Below are positions 1-8,701 of a stretch of DNA of 64,000 nucleotides, in pieces (within the stretch, counting starts at the first letter, position 1; the number at the start of each line of letters is the position of its first letter). The notes under the pieces are model-generated. The model was not told where the DNA came from, searched no databases, and worked only from the letters and a program-made list of their open reading frames with translations. The translations under genes and the position numbers were made by a program. This DNA is from an uncultured Prevotellaceae bacterium (GTDB taxonomy: Bacteria > Bacteroidota > Bacteroidia > Bacteroidales > Bacteroidaceae), in assembly GCA_902767775.1 (NCBI GenBank), contig CACXIP010000010.1, forward strand, positions 29,662-93,661, read 5' to 3'.

Positions 1-258
1 AACAAGAAGTTACACACCCCACCCCTGCCCCTCCCCTTCATGGGAGGGGAGTTGCTGGCACACATGAATTATTTAGAAGTTTAGAAGTTTAGACAATAGC
101 CATACAAGAATGGCGGTTCAACGTGGTAGAGACGACCATATATGGCGTCTCACCGCCACGAATGCCGTGAGCCGAATGGAGCTCCCCTCCCCACGCGTGG
201 GGAGGGGTTGGGGTGGGGAATTATTTTTCTGAAAAACAAGAAGTTACATACCCCACCC
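1..258. repeat. Composite G/C-tract palindromic (REP-like) element downstream of the PAP2 gene
   Basis: 24-nt direct repeats aacaagaagttaca[c/t]accccaccc lie at 1-24 and 235-258 (23/24 identical). Two inverted copies of CCCCACCCC-N2/3-CCCCTCCCC-N6-GGGGAGGGG lie at 17-51 and 181-218; the second has a perfect 9-bp stem with loop ACGCGT. A central hairpin GAGACG-A-CCATATATGG-CGTCTC lies at 129-151. The window edge truncates the left side. Confidence 0.7.
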
Positions 259-268
259 GGTGATTATC

Positions 269-1111
269 CTATTGCACCACCACTTTTTGTCCGTTAGTTA
301 TCACAATACCTTTTGAGTCGTTGGTGGCAGGTGTGCCATCGATACGATAGACTTTGGCAGAACCTCCGTGCTGTACGGCACTTGGGGTGTTGATTATATT
401 TGACATGTTGCCCGTTTTCTCAGCAAACTCGGCACGGGCTCTGGCCAATTGGCCTATAAAACGCTCATGGTTGCGAATCATCTGGTAAAGCACGGTGCCA
501 GCCATTCGCCCAGCATCCACGTCGCTCTGCCAATGGTAGCCAGCAATCACACGACTTTGGCCAAACTCATATCCACGGGTCAGTAGGCCTTCCATTGCCT
601 TTGGAGAGGTGTTGATGTCGGCGAGCAATAATGCCGACGTCCAGCCAAGTACTGTGTGTCCAGAAGGATACGAACCCTCGTTGCGGTGCTTCTCTTCCTT
701 TTCAGGCACGATGGTGCCCTCGTTGTAGTATGCATAGGGACGCATGCGGTTGAAGTGAGCCTTCGCGTCAGAATAAATACTGTCGCACGAAGCGCAGACA
801 TCCTGCAGGATGCTGTATATCTCAGGAGTATCTTCCTTGGTTATCTCCAGACCGAAGATACCGCCGAACTCCTGGATGATTGTTTCCATGCTATACACCG
901 CGTCGCGTTTGGCTTGGTCACAGCGGGCTTCGTCGAGACGCATCAACTTACCCCATAGATACTGCGACTGGTCGGCCACGAACCTGGCCGACTCAAACTC
1001 CGGCGGGGCTGGCAGGATGTTTGCCATATTGGGTAATTGGGCCTTTGTAAAATACGCATGTCCATTCTTCTCATCACCTGCGGCCTGAACATTGACAATG
1101 CCGCAAAGCAC
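269..1111 (-). CDS. Class A (PAP2-family) acid phosphatase with a T9SS-like C-terminal tail; 5' end apparently disrupted
   Basis: PAP2 signature blocks are present: KAHFNRMRPY, YPSGHTVLG and SRVIAGYHWQSDVDAG. The C-terminus VYRIDGTPATNDSKGIVITNGQKVVVQ resembles the tails of the proteins at 37760 and 44086. The in-frame start is only a GTG with no signal peptide. An ATG at 1143 with a signal-peptide-like start sits in another frame across a T7 run. Confidence 0.8.
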   Translation of the reverse strand: MLCGIVNVQAAGDEKNGHAYFTKAQLPNMANILPAPPEFESARFVADQSQYLWGKLMRLDEARCDQAKRDAVYSMETIIQEFGGIFGLEITKEDTPEIYSILQDVCASCDSIYSDAKAHFNRMRPYAYYNEGTIVPEKEEKHRNEGSYPSGHTVLGWTSALLLADINTSPKAMEGLLTRGYEFGQSRVIAGYHWQSDVDAGRMAGTVLYQMIRNHERFIGQLARARAEFAEKTGNMSNIINTPSAVQHGGSAKVYRIDGTPATNDSKGIVITNGQKVVVQ

Positions 1112-1249
1112 TAAAGCCCGGCCAAAAAAAGAAATCTTTTCATCTTCAAATTCTTTATTTGCTTATATTCTTTGTTTTCTTGTGTCTACTCTATTTTAAC
1201 ATAAGTCCATCCTCTTCATATCCGAAAAAGGTATGAAACTATGCGCCTG

Positions 1250-1257
1250 CAAAGGTA
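1250..1257 (-). promoter_or_regulatory. Candidate Bacteroidetes -7 box (TACCTTTG) for the PAP2 gene
   Basis: The minus strand reads TACCTTTG, matching the TAnnTTTG consensus, about 107 nt upstream of the ATG at 1143. No clear -33 TTTG was found. Confidence 0.3.
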
Positions 1258-1382
1258 CGAAATATGTTTGAGAACCAGTGGTCCTTTGTTTATTATTTGC
1301 CATGATGCAACAGCACCACCCTTCATGCTGATGAAATGTGAAATTGTAGTTGCTGTATTTTAAAGTCTGCCGATCTTCATTA

Positions 1383-4118
1383 TTATTCTTTTTTCTTCGC
1401 ATCCAAATGGTATCTGAAACTGACGCCGAGATAATGATGACGGAAGTCACGCCAAGAGATGGTTTGCTGATAAGTTGTCTGTTGGCTCAATCGGTCATCC
1501 TCGTTGTTAAGAATGTCGTCGAACTCCAGCATGATGCGGACTTTGTTCTTCAGGATTATCCAACCAACGGAGCCGTCCCAAACGAGGATGTTGCGGTTCA
1601 TGCTGCCGATGGTGTAGCCTCGGCTGGTGCGCTCGGTAAGGCTGGTATAAAAGAAGAATTTGCCCTGAGTGGCTTCGACACGCAAGCCGTAATTGTTGTT
1701 CCAGTGAGTGGTGTTCTGTCCGGGCGAGGCAGTGTAGCGGAGGCGGTCGGCGTTGATTTCTGCGAAAGCGGAGGCTTTTAGCCAGTTGTAGTCGAGCGAG
1801 AAGATGAGCCTTTCACGAAGATTCAAACTGTTTTGACGGTTTCGGATGTGCTCGGATTGTGTGGGAAGAAGGGTGAGGAAGCCATGGCGCTGATTGGTAT
1901 TCATGCCGAAGTCACTTTGCAGACGGAATTTGTCACCGAGGCCTTGGTCGAGATTCAGGCGGAAGTTCCAAGACTTGCTACCCTTGATGTTTTCAGGGCG
2001 GCTTACATAGACGGCGGTCGTGGGGTCGTAGCTGAGGGCGGTGGTGGTCTCGCGGTCGTTGTGGGTGTAGCCGACAGTGGCACTGAGCGAGGTCTGACTA
2101 TGGGCGAGCACCATGTTGTAGGTCAGTTTCACATCATTGGTATGGGTGTTCCGCAGTCCGGGATTACCCTCGGTGATGAACAGCGGGTCGGTGAGGTCGC
2201 GGTAGCCAATGGTCTGCAGGATGTCGGGCAGTTTGGTCGTGAAGCCGTAGTTCAACTCAAGACTTGCAGTTTTGCTGAGCTTCCATATGGCTCGGAGTGA
2301 CGGGTCGATGATGAAGTTTTGTCGCACGGTGGCCGTGTCGAGCATACCACGTTGGTAGTCTTGGCTTTCGCGTTGCCATCGGGCCGATACGGCAGGCATC
2401 ACCTGGACAGGTGTGAGGTTGATGGTCTGCGAGAGTCGCAGGTTATGCTCATGGCGAGAATACAGATTGCGGTAACTGTTGGAAACATCGTTCATACCGT
2501 TGGTCTGGAAGTCGCGGTCGTTGCGGTTGTGGTTGTAATTCATGGTATATTGCACCTGTGCCATCCATTTCTTGGTGAGCCAGCGAGTATGATGTGCCTC
2601 TGCCGTGGTGGAGAATTGTTTGGTGGGCGAGGAATAGGTCTGAGTGAGTTGCGATGAGGTGTAGGACTGGCCGTGCGCTGTGATGGTGCGGTTGGTCTGG
2701 CCATCAGTCTGACCGTCTTGGAAGTTCATCGTGATGCTGGCTCCGAGTGCGCCATCCTTGATGTAGTGCTCCCATTGGGCATTGGTACTATATTTGGTTT
2801 GGTGGCCGTCAGTTTGGGTTGCGGTGAGCTGAGACAAGACAGCTGCATACTGGATATCTGGAGACAATGAGGCGGCGAGAGCCTCCTCCTGTTCGGTGGT
2901 TTGGCGGCTGTGGGAGCGTTGTTTGCCATACTCCGCACTGGCGCTCAGCGAGAAGGTGTTCAGCGAGTCACACACCCAGTGAAGGTTGGCGTTCAGCCGT
3001 GGCTCCAACCTGTGAGTGCGATGATACTCCTCGGAGGTGGTGCGTGTGGCTGCGGCGTTGGGGAAGTAGTTCTCTGTCATTTGGTGGCTGGTGCGCCAGT
3101 CATCATCGTGCGCCATACCGCCCGTGATGCTGTAGAAGCTCTTCAGATCATGTGTGCCCTCTTTGCGCTGCCAATTGTGCTGATAGCCAGCAGAAGCGCC
3201 CTGCTCCTGGCCAAAACCATTGCCCATGTTGGCCATGCTCCCGTTCATGTTGCGCCGCCAATGCTTGTCGATGTTGTTTGCATTGGCAAAGACCATCAAT
3301 GGGTCAGTCTTTGACAGACGGTTCATCAACAGTTCACCTTCGTAGTATTTTGGTGATTGGTAGTATGCCTTCACGTCACCGTACCAGCGGTCGAGGAAGC
3401 CGGGCTTGATGGCCAGGTCAAGCACCATGTCCTGCGTTCCGTCGTCCTTGCCCGTGCGTTCGCTGAATTCCGATTGGCGGTTGTAGGCCTTGATGTTTTC
3501 GACGGCCTCGGCTGGCAGTTGTTTCACCAAGTCATCGCCGCCGAAAAGACTCTCGCCGTCCATCGTTATGCGGATTGGCTTGCCATTCCATGAGAGTCTT
3601 CCCTTGTCATCGACCTGCACACCTGGCAGTTGCTTGATTAGTTCTTCGAGTCGTGCCCCCTCCTGTAAGTGGAAAGCCTCGGGATGAAATACTATCGTAT
3701 CGCCCTTGACTGTGAAACGGCGGGCGCGGCCGGTCACCTCCACCATCTTCAGCATCTGCGGCGACATCTTCAGTTCTATCGTCCCGATGTCGAGCGTGTC
3801 CTTGCTGCTGTTACTGAAGGCCAGCACAGGCATTGATTTTGAGTAGTAGCCCAGCATGGAGAAATCAATACTGCCTCGCCCATCGGCAAAGAACGTGAAA
3901 CAGCCTAATGAGTCGGTTTTGGTGCTCCTCATCGAATAACTATTGTCTCCAAACCGTTGAGTGTACTTCACCTGAACTTCGGGCAGCGGTTCTTTTGTCT
4001 CGGCATCCACCACACGTCCCTTGACGATGTCGGCCTTGACGGTTCCTTGTATGCTTGCGACAAGGCATAGCAGTAGCAGGATGCGGAGGTTTCCGCATCG
4101 AAAACAGTTCTTTTTCAT
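1383..4118 (-). CDS. Outer-membrane beta-barrel protein with N-terminal carboxypeptidase-regulatory-like domain (TonB-dependent-receptor-like / OMP_b-brl_3 type)
   Basis: It has a signal peptide (RILLLLCLVASIQGTVKA) and the motif IVKGRVVDAETKEPLPEVQV typical of the CarboxypepD_reg fold. A plug-like stretch (KGDTIVFHPEAF...LPGVQVDDKGRLSWNGKPIRI) is followed by about 650 aa of S/T/N/Y-rich alternating strands. The layout is paralogous to 31713..34889. Confidence 0.7.
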   Translation of the reverse strand: MKKNCFRCGNLRILLLLCLVASIQGTVKADIVKGRVVDAETKEPLPEVQVKYTQRFGDNSYSMRSTKTDSLGCFTFFADGRGSIDFSMLGYYSKSMPVLAFSNSSKDTLDIGTIELKMSPQMLKMVEVTGRARRFTVKGDTIVFHPEAFHLQEGARLEELIKQLPGVQVDDKGRLSWNGKPIRITMDGESLFGGDDLVKQLPAEAVENIKAYNRQSEFSERTGKDDGTQDMVLDLAIKPGFLDRWYGDVKAYYQSPKYYEGELLMNRLSKTDPLMVFANANNIDKHWRRNMNGSMANMGNGFGQEQGASAGYQHNWQRKEGTHDLKSFYSITGGMAHDDDWRTSHQMTENYFPNAAATRTTSEEYHRTHRLEPRLNANLHWVCDSLNTFSLSASAEYGKQRSHSRQTTEQEEALAASLSPDIQYAAVLSQLTATQTDGHQTKYSTNAQWEHYIKDGALGASITMNFQDGQTDGQTNRTITAHGQSYTSSQLTQTYSSPTKQFSTTAEAHHTRWLTKKWMAQVQYTMNYNHNRNDRDFQTNGMNDVSNSYRNLYSRHEHNLRLSQTINLTPVQVMPAVSARWQRESQDYQRGMLDTATVRQNFIIDPSLRAIWKLSKTASLELNYGFTTKLPDILQTIGYRDLTDPLFITEGNPGLRNTHTNDVKLTYNMVLAHSQTSLSATVGYTHNDRETTTALSYDPTTAVYVSRPENIKGSKSWNFRLNLDQGLGDKFRLQSDFGMNTNQRHGFLTLLPTQSEHIRNRQNSLNLRERLIFSLDYNWLKASAFAEINADRLRYTASPGQNTTHWNNNYGLRVEATQGKFFFYTSLTERTSRGYTIGSMNRNILVWDGSVGWIILKNKVRIMLEFDDILNNEDDRLSQQTTYQQTISWRDFRHHYLGVSFRYHLDAKKKE

Positions 4119-4129
4119 ATTTCTTGGGA

Positions 4130-5743
4130 TTAGAAGTTTGCTATGATCTGGTCAAGGGTCACGGCAGGGTCGGTAATGCCGAAACCTTCCTTTTTCAGTT
4201 TCTGCTTGCGGTGCTGAACAGCAGAGACGGAGATGACATAGATGGCAGACAAGGCGGTATTGGAAAGCCGTAGCCGGGCAAGCATGCACAAGCGGATGTC
4301 GTCTTCGCTGAATTGGGGGTGCTCTGCTCGCAGACGACTGACGAAATTGTCGTCTGCGGTGTCGAGGGTCATTTCTATCTCGCGCCAATTGCGGGCATTG
4401 ATAATGGTGCGCTTGCCAGCCTTTGCTTCCAGCATGTCGAGGATTTCACTCTTGTCCATGATGTGTCCACGCAGCATGGCTATCATGGTGTCCTTCTGCC
4501 GCAAACGTTCTGCCAACTGGTCCGCTTTGCGCTGTTGGGCGATTTGCTCTGCCAGATGTTGTTGTCGCGTCTTGGTGCGCCAGTTCCAAAAGAGGAGAGC
4601 GAGAAGCAGCAGGCACAACAAGAGGATGACGATGACCGCCATCATCAGATGCGACTGTAGAGAGGCTGACTTCTTCACATAGCCTGGTGCGAGGTAAGTA
4701 TCGCGGTTGATGGAAAATTCTTGTTCAGCCCATTCCTTGGCGCTTTCATATGATGGAAGCCTATGTTTCGTAGAATCTTCTTTTTGTTCCTGAAGAGTCT
4801 CCTCATACATGCCGATAGGTACGGTGATATCCCCGATGATGGAAACTGATTTTTTGATACTTAAGGCACATGTTGGTGAAATGTCAACATGAGGCTGTGT
4901 CCAAAGGGAATCCAGACACTGATAGATGGAATCCAAGACCGATGGCGATGAAGGCTCTTTGCGATGTCTGGCCGCAATGTCGGTAATGTGTTCCAAAGCG
5001 CCAAAGTGGTGCAGGTCGAAGGGAGGGTTGGGGAGTACCATGAAGCCGTAGTCGTTGAGCATCGTCAGCAGCCAACGAGGTTGGTCAGGCGACAGACGAT
5101 AATGTTCCAATGCGTGGCGTTGGCACAACTCTGATTGAACCGAGGGGGAATGAGACAAGTGATTCGCAAATTTGTCATAGGCGCGGTAGGCGAGGGCGTG
5201 GTCTTCTGTGGTCTCGGCGCAATGGATGGCCAGATGGAAGAGTCGGTTTGTCTGCGAAGGTTGCTTCTTTTCACTTTGGCGGCGACTCAGGACGAAACAG
5301 ATGCGCCCGAAGCGCCGCAAGGTTTCCTTGTCATCGTTTGTACCGCCGAGACTTGCTTGCTCATAATAATGATACACGCGTGAGAGGGTGCTGTCGTCGG
5401 GGCATGTCTGGCCATCCACGTCATGAAAGGCCGCTTCGCGTTTGAAGTTCCATGTCTCAGCGTCTGAGGAGAGGCAGGATGCCGTGTCTGCATGGTGCAG
5501 ATACCAGCGTTCTTCATCAACCATAGCCTGCAAAAGCTCATAAAGCATTTGTGAGCCTTCTGCCAACCGTGTAGTGTCTACCTGCGCTAACAACCGTGAT
5601 GTACTGTCCGCATCCGTGAACACCAAGTCTTCTGCAGCATGGAGCAAACGTTTCTGTGGCAAGTCACGCAAGTTCCACCCGATGCCACCTGCCAAGACCA
5701 GCACCAGAATTGCGGTGATGATTCCAACTGTCTTCCTTCTCAT
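4130..5743 (-). CDS. Two-pass transmembrane regulator: extracytoplasmic domain, TM helix, coiled coil, C-terminal LuxR/GerE-like HTH
   Basis: I chose the start at ATG 5743 (MRRKTVGIITAILVLVLAGGIGW); the track start at 5998 lies in AT-rich DNA. The second TM helix is LMMAVIVILLLCLLLLALLFWNW followed by RTKTRQQ. A Q/R/E-rich coiled coil follows. The C-terminus SEDDIRLCMLARLRLSNTALSAIYVISVSAVQHRKQKLKK fits the LuxR-type HTH pattern. It sits 11 nt upstream of the barrel gene. Confidence 0.55.
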   Translation of the reverse strand: MRRKTVGIITAILVLVLAGGIGWNLRDLPQKRLLHAAEDLVFTDADSTSRLLAQVDTTRLAEGSQMLYELLQAMVDEERWYLHHADTASCLSSDAETWNFKREAAFHDVDGQTCPDDSTLSRVYHYYEQASLGGTNDDKETLRRFGRICFVLSRRQSEKKQPSQTNRLFHLAIHCAETTEDHALAYRAYDKFANHLSHSPSVQSELCQRHALEHYRLSPDQPRWLLTMLNDYGFMVLPNPPFDLHHFGALEHITDIAARHRKEPSSPSVLDSIYQCLDSLWTQPHVDISPTCALSIKKSVSIIGDITVPIGMYEETLQEQKEDSTKHRLPSYESAKEWAEQEFSINRDTYLAPGYVKKSASLQSHLMMAVIVILLLCLLLLALLFWNWRTKTRQQHLAEQIAQQRKADQLAERLRQKDTMIAMLRGHIMDKSEILDMLEAKAGKRTIINARNWREIEMTLDTADDNFVSRLRAEHPQFSEDDIRLCMLARLRLSNTALSAIYVISVSAVQHRKQKLKKEGFGITDPAVTLDQIIANF

Positions 5744-6349
5744 ACGAAAATGATTATTGTTTTCGACTGCAAAGTTATGGCTATTTTGAGAAGTCCACAA
5801 GGAAATTGGGTGGAAAACGAATTCCGCACGCCGCACTCTGATATTCAGTTGATTAGGATTTGTTTTTCCACCCCTTTTCCATCTTGTAAGGTGGAAAAAC
5901 ATAATAATCAACTTTTTAAAAACATCATTATGAAAACTAACGGGTTCCGTGATTTGCTCACCCAGATAATAATACCCATCGTTATTGGAAGCATACAAAG
6001 GTCACATTAAAAACTTGGTCAATAAAAACGAGTCAGATGATGCAAAAAATTCCTTCAAACCTGCCGTTTTTATAAAAAAATCCAAGAAACGGCAGAATAT
6101 AGTATATTATATTTTGCCGTTTCTATACATTTTCATTCTTTGCGGCAGATTATATGAAAAAGTATGGGTGCAATTATTGGAAGAAAGCCTACGGCAAGCA
6201 TAGCGGAATTGTCCAGAAACAAGTAACGATGGATGACCTGTTCATTTGAAACTAAGGAGAGGTTGTGAGGACTTTTATGTGAATTGGTGTATTTTTCCTT
6301 GATTATTTCATCATTGGAAGGCAAAATCGTCGAAAAAGATTCGTCATAT

Positions 6350-6380
6350 TTTGCAAATTAAGCGATTTTTCCTAATTTTG
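6350..6380 (+). promoter_or_regulatory. Candidate promoter of rnr (-33 TTTG / -7 TAATTTTG)
   Basis: TTTG lies at 6350-6353 and TAATTTTG at 6373-6380, 19 nt apart. This matches the Bacteroides TTTG/TAnnTTTG promoter consensus, about 115 nt upstream of the ATG at 6494. Confidence 0.45.
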
Positions 6381-6493
6381 TGAAATAATCTGCAAGTTTT
6401 GCATACTCTGATTATCAACGCCCTTAAGGTATTGACTATTAAAAATAAGAATGTATTCTCATTGCTAATGAATAATCATTAAAACGAAATACT

Positions 6494-8686
6494 ATGGCTA
6501 AAGGCAAAAAAGGCGGCAAACGCATGAACAAGAAGCAGATGACGGAAGCGCTGGTGGCGCTGTTCCAGTCAAAGCCCAACGAAGACCTCACATTCCAGAC
6601 GATATTCAAACAACTGCATCTCGACACCCATCCGCTCAAGATGCTCGCCATCGACGTGATGGAAGAACTCTCATGGGACGACTTCCTGACCAAGACCTCA
6701 AGGAGTTCGTACAAGCTCAACCTCAAAGGACAGGTGCAGGAGGGCATCTTCCGCCGCAAGGCCAACGGCAAGAACAGCTTTATACCCGCTGACGGCAGCC
6801 AGCCCGTTTTCGTGGCAGAGCGCAACTCGATGTTCGCCCTCGACGGCGACCGTGTGCGCGTGTCGTTCAACGCCCGCCGCGCCAACCACATCAAGGAGGC
6901 GATGGTGACCGAGATACTGGAGCGCGCCCGCGACACCTTCGTCGGCAAACTCACCGTGGAGCAGGACTTCGCCTTCCTCGTCACCGACAGCAACCTCGCC
7001 ATGGACATCATGGTGCCCAAGAAGAAACTCAAGGGCGGCAAGACCGGTGACAAGGCGGTGGTGAAAATCATCCAATGGCCCAGCCGCGAGTCGAAGAACA
7101 TCGTGGGCGAGGTCATCGACGTGCTCGGCAAGACCGGCGAGAACACCGTGGAGATGCATGCCATCCTGGCACAGTATGGACTGCCCTACAAATATCCCAA
7201 GAACGTGGAGGAGGCAGCAGAGAGAATCAATGCCGACATCACCGAAGACGACCTGAGAGACAGGGAGGACTTCCGCGAGGTGACCACCTTCACCATCGAC
7301 CCCAAGGACGCCAAGGACTACGACGACGCCCTGTCGGTGCGCTCACTGGGCAACGGCCTGTGGGAAATCGGTGTCCATATCGCCGATGTGTCGCACTACG
7401 TGCAGGAAGGCTCCATCATCGACAAGGAGGCACAGCGCAGGGCCACCAGCGTGTATCTCGTCGACCGCACCATACCGATGCTCCCCGAGCGGCTGTGCAA
7501 CTTCATCTGCTCGCTCCGTCCCGACGAGGACAAGTTGTGCTACAGTGCTGTCTTCGTCATGGACGATGCTGCAGAGGTGCTGAAATGGCGGCTCGTACAT
7601 ACCGTCATCCGCAGCAACCGCCGCTTCGCCTACGAGGAGGTGCAGAAAATCCTTGAGGACAATGGCGTGGTGGACGGAACCGGCAAGCCCGCTCCCAAAG
7701 CGCCCAAGGGCGGATACAAGGGAGAGTATGCCGACGAACTCATCGTCCTCGACCGACTGGCGAAACTCCTGCGTGAGAAACGGTTTGCCAACGGCGCCGT
7801 GCGCTTCGAGCGCGAGGAGCTCCACTTCGACATCGACGAGACGGGCAAACCCATACGCTGCTATTTCAAGGTGTCGAAAGACGCCAACAAACTCATCGAG
7901 GAGTTTATGCTGCTCGCCAACAGGTCGGTGGCAGAGAGCATCGGAAAGGTGCCCAAAGGGGTCAAAGCAAAGACGCTCCCCTACCGTATCCACGACTCAC
8001 CCGACCCGCTGAAGCTTGAGAACCTGCGCGAGGTCATCTCGAAATTTGGTTACAAACTCAAGACCGCCGGCACCAGGGGAGCCATCTCGAAGAGCCTCAA
8101 CGCACTGATTACCGACTGCATCGGCACACGTGAGCAGAACCTCATCCAGACCGTGGCACTCAGGGCGATGATGAAGGCCCGCTACAGCGTACACAACATC
8201 GGCCACTACGGACTCGCCTTTGACTACTACACCCACTTCACCAGTCCTATCCGCCGCTACCCCGACACCATGGTGCACCGCCTGCTCACCCGTTACCAAC
8301 AAGGTGGGCGCAGTGCCAACAAGGAGCATTACGAGGAACTCTGCGAGCACTCCAGCGACATGGAGCAGACAGCTGCCAACGCCGAGCGCGACTCCATCAA
8401 GTACAAGATGGTGGAGTTCATGGCCGACAAGATAGGCAACGTGTATGAGGCGCACATCAGCGGCATACAGTCGTATGGCATCTACTGCGAGATTGACGAG
8501 AACCACTGCGAGGGTCTGGTGCCCATGCACGACCTCGACGATGACTACTACGACTTCGACGAGCGCAACTACTGCCTCGTGGGCAGGCGCAGGCACCGCA
8601 AATACCAACTCGGCGACCCCATCACCATCAAGGTGGCACGAGCCAACATCGAGAAACGGCAACTCGACTTCACACTGGCTGACTAA
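6494..8686 (+). CDS. rnr: Ribonuclease R (3'-5' exoribonuclease, RNB family with C-terminal S1 domain)
   Basis: 730 aa. RNB-domain blocks are present: TIDPKDAKDYDDALS, HIADVSHYV, SVYLVDRTIPMLPE and HYGLAFDYYTHFTSPIRRYPD. The C-terminus is an S1-like region (YEAHISGIQSYGIYCEI...GLVPMHDL). Confidence 0.95.
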   Translation: MAKGKKGGKRMNKKQMTEALVALFQSKPNEDLTFQTIFKQLHLDTHPLKMLAIDVMEELSWDDFLTKTSRSSYKLNLKGQVQEGIFRRKANGKNSFIPADGSQPVFVAERNSMFALDGDRVRVSFNARRANHIKEAMVTEILERARDTFVGKLTVEQDFAFLVTDSNLAMDIMVPKKKLKGGKTGDKAVVKIIQWPSRESKNIVGEVIDVLGKTGENTVEMHAILAQYGLPYKYPKNVEEAAERINADITEDDLRDREDFREVTTFTIDPKDAKDYDDALSVRSLGNGLWEIGVHIADVSHYVQEGSIIDKEAQRRATSVYLVDRTIPMLPERLCNFICSLRPDEDKLCYSAVFVMDDAAEVLKWRLVHTVIRSNRRFAYEEVQKILEDNGVVDGTGKPAPKAPKGGYKGEYADELIVLDRLAKLLREKRFANGAVRFEREELHFDIDETGKPIRCYFKVSKDANKLIEEFMLLANRSVAESIGKVPKGVKAKTLPYRIHDSPDPLKLENLREVISKFGYKLKTAGTRGAISKSLNALITDCIGTREQNLIQTVALRAMMKARYSVHNIGHYGLAFDYYTHFTSPIRRYPDTMVHRLLTRYQQGGRSANKEHYEELCEHSSDMEQTAANAERDSIKYKMVEFMADKIGNVYEAHISGIQSYGIYCEIDENHCEGLVPMHDLDDDYYDFDERNYCLVGRRRHRKYQLGDPITIKVARANIEKRQLDFTLAD

Positions 8687-8701
8687 GGGGGAACCGACAC
8701 G

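Noticed and set aside
100-180. The structured segment between the G/C-tract palindromes considered as a tRNA or small RNA gene.
   Set aside because: It has no cloverleaf arrangement and no T-loop (GTTCGAATC-like) or D-loop consensus. The hairpins fit a REP/MITE-like element better.
1196-1450. An 84-aa minus-strand ORF between the barrel gene and the PAP2 gene.
   Set aside because: It overlaps the 3' end of the barrel gene and the PAP2 promoter region. It has no motifs and an odd composition (CCCIMANNKQ...), so it is probably non-coding.
5985-6324. Small ORFs 5985..6203 (+, 72 aa) and 6133..6324 (-, 63 aa) in the AT-rich spacer.
   Set aside because: They overlap each other and have K/N/I/F-rich composition typical of translated AT-rich non-coding DNA. 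They have no motifs, and hairpins cut across them.
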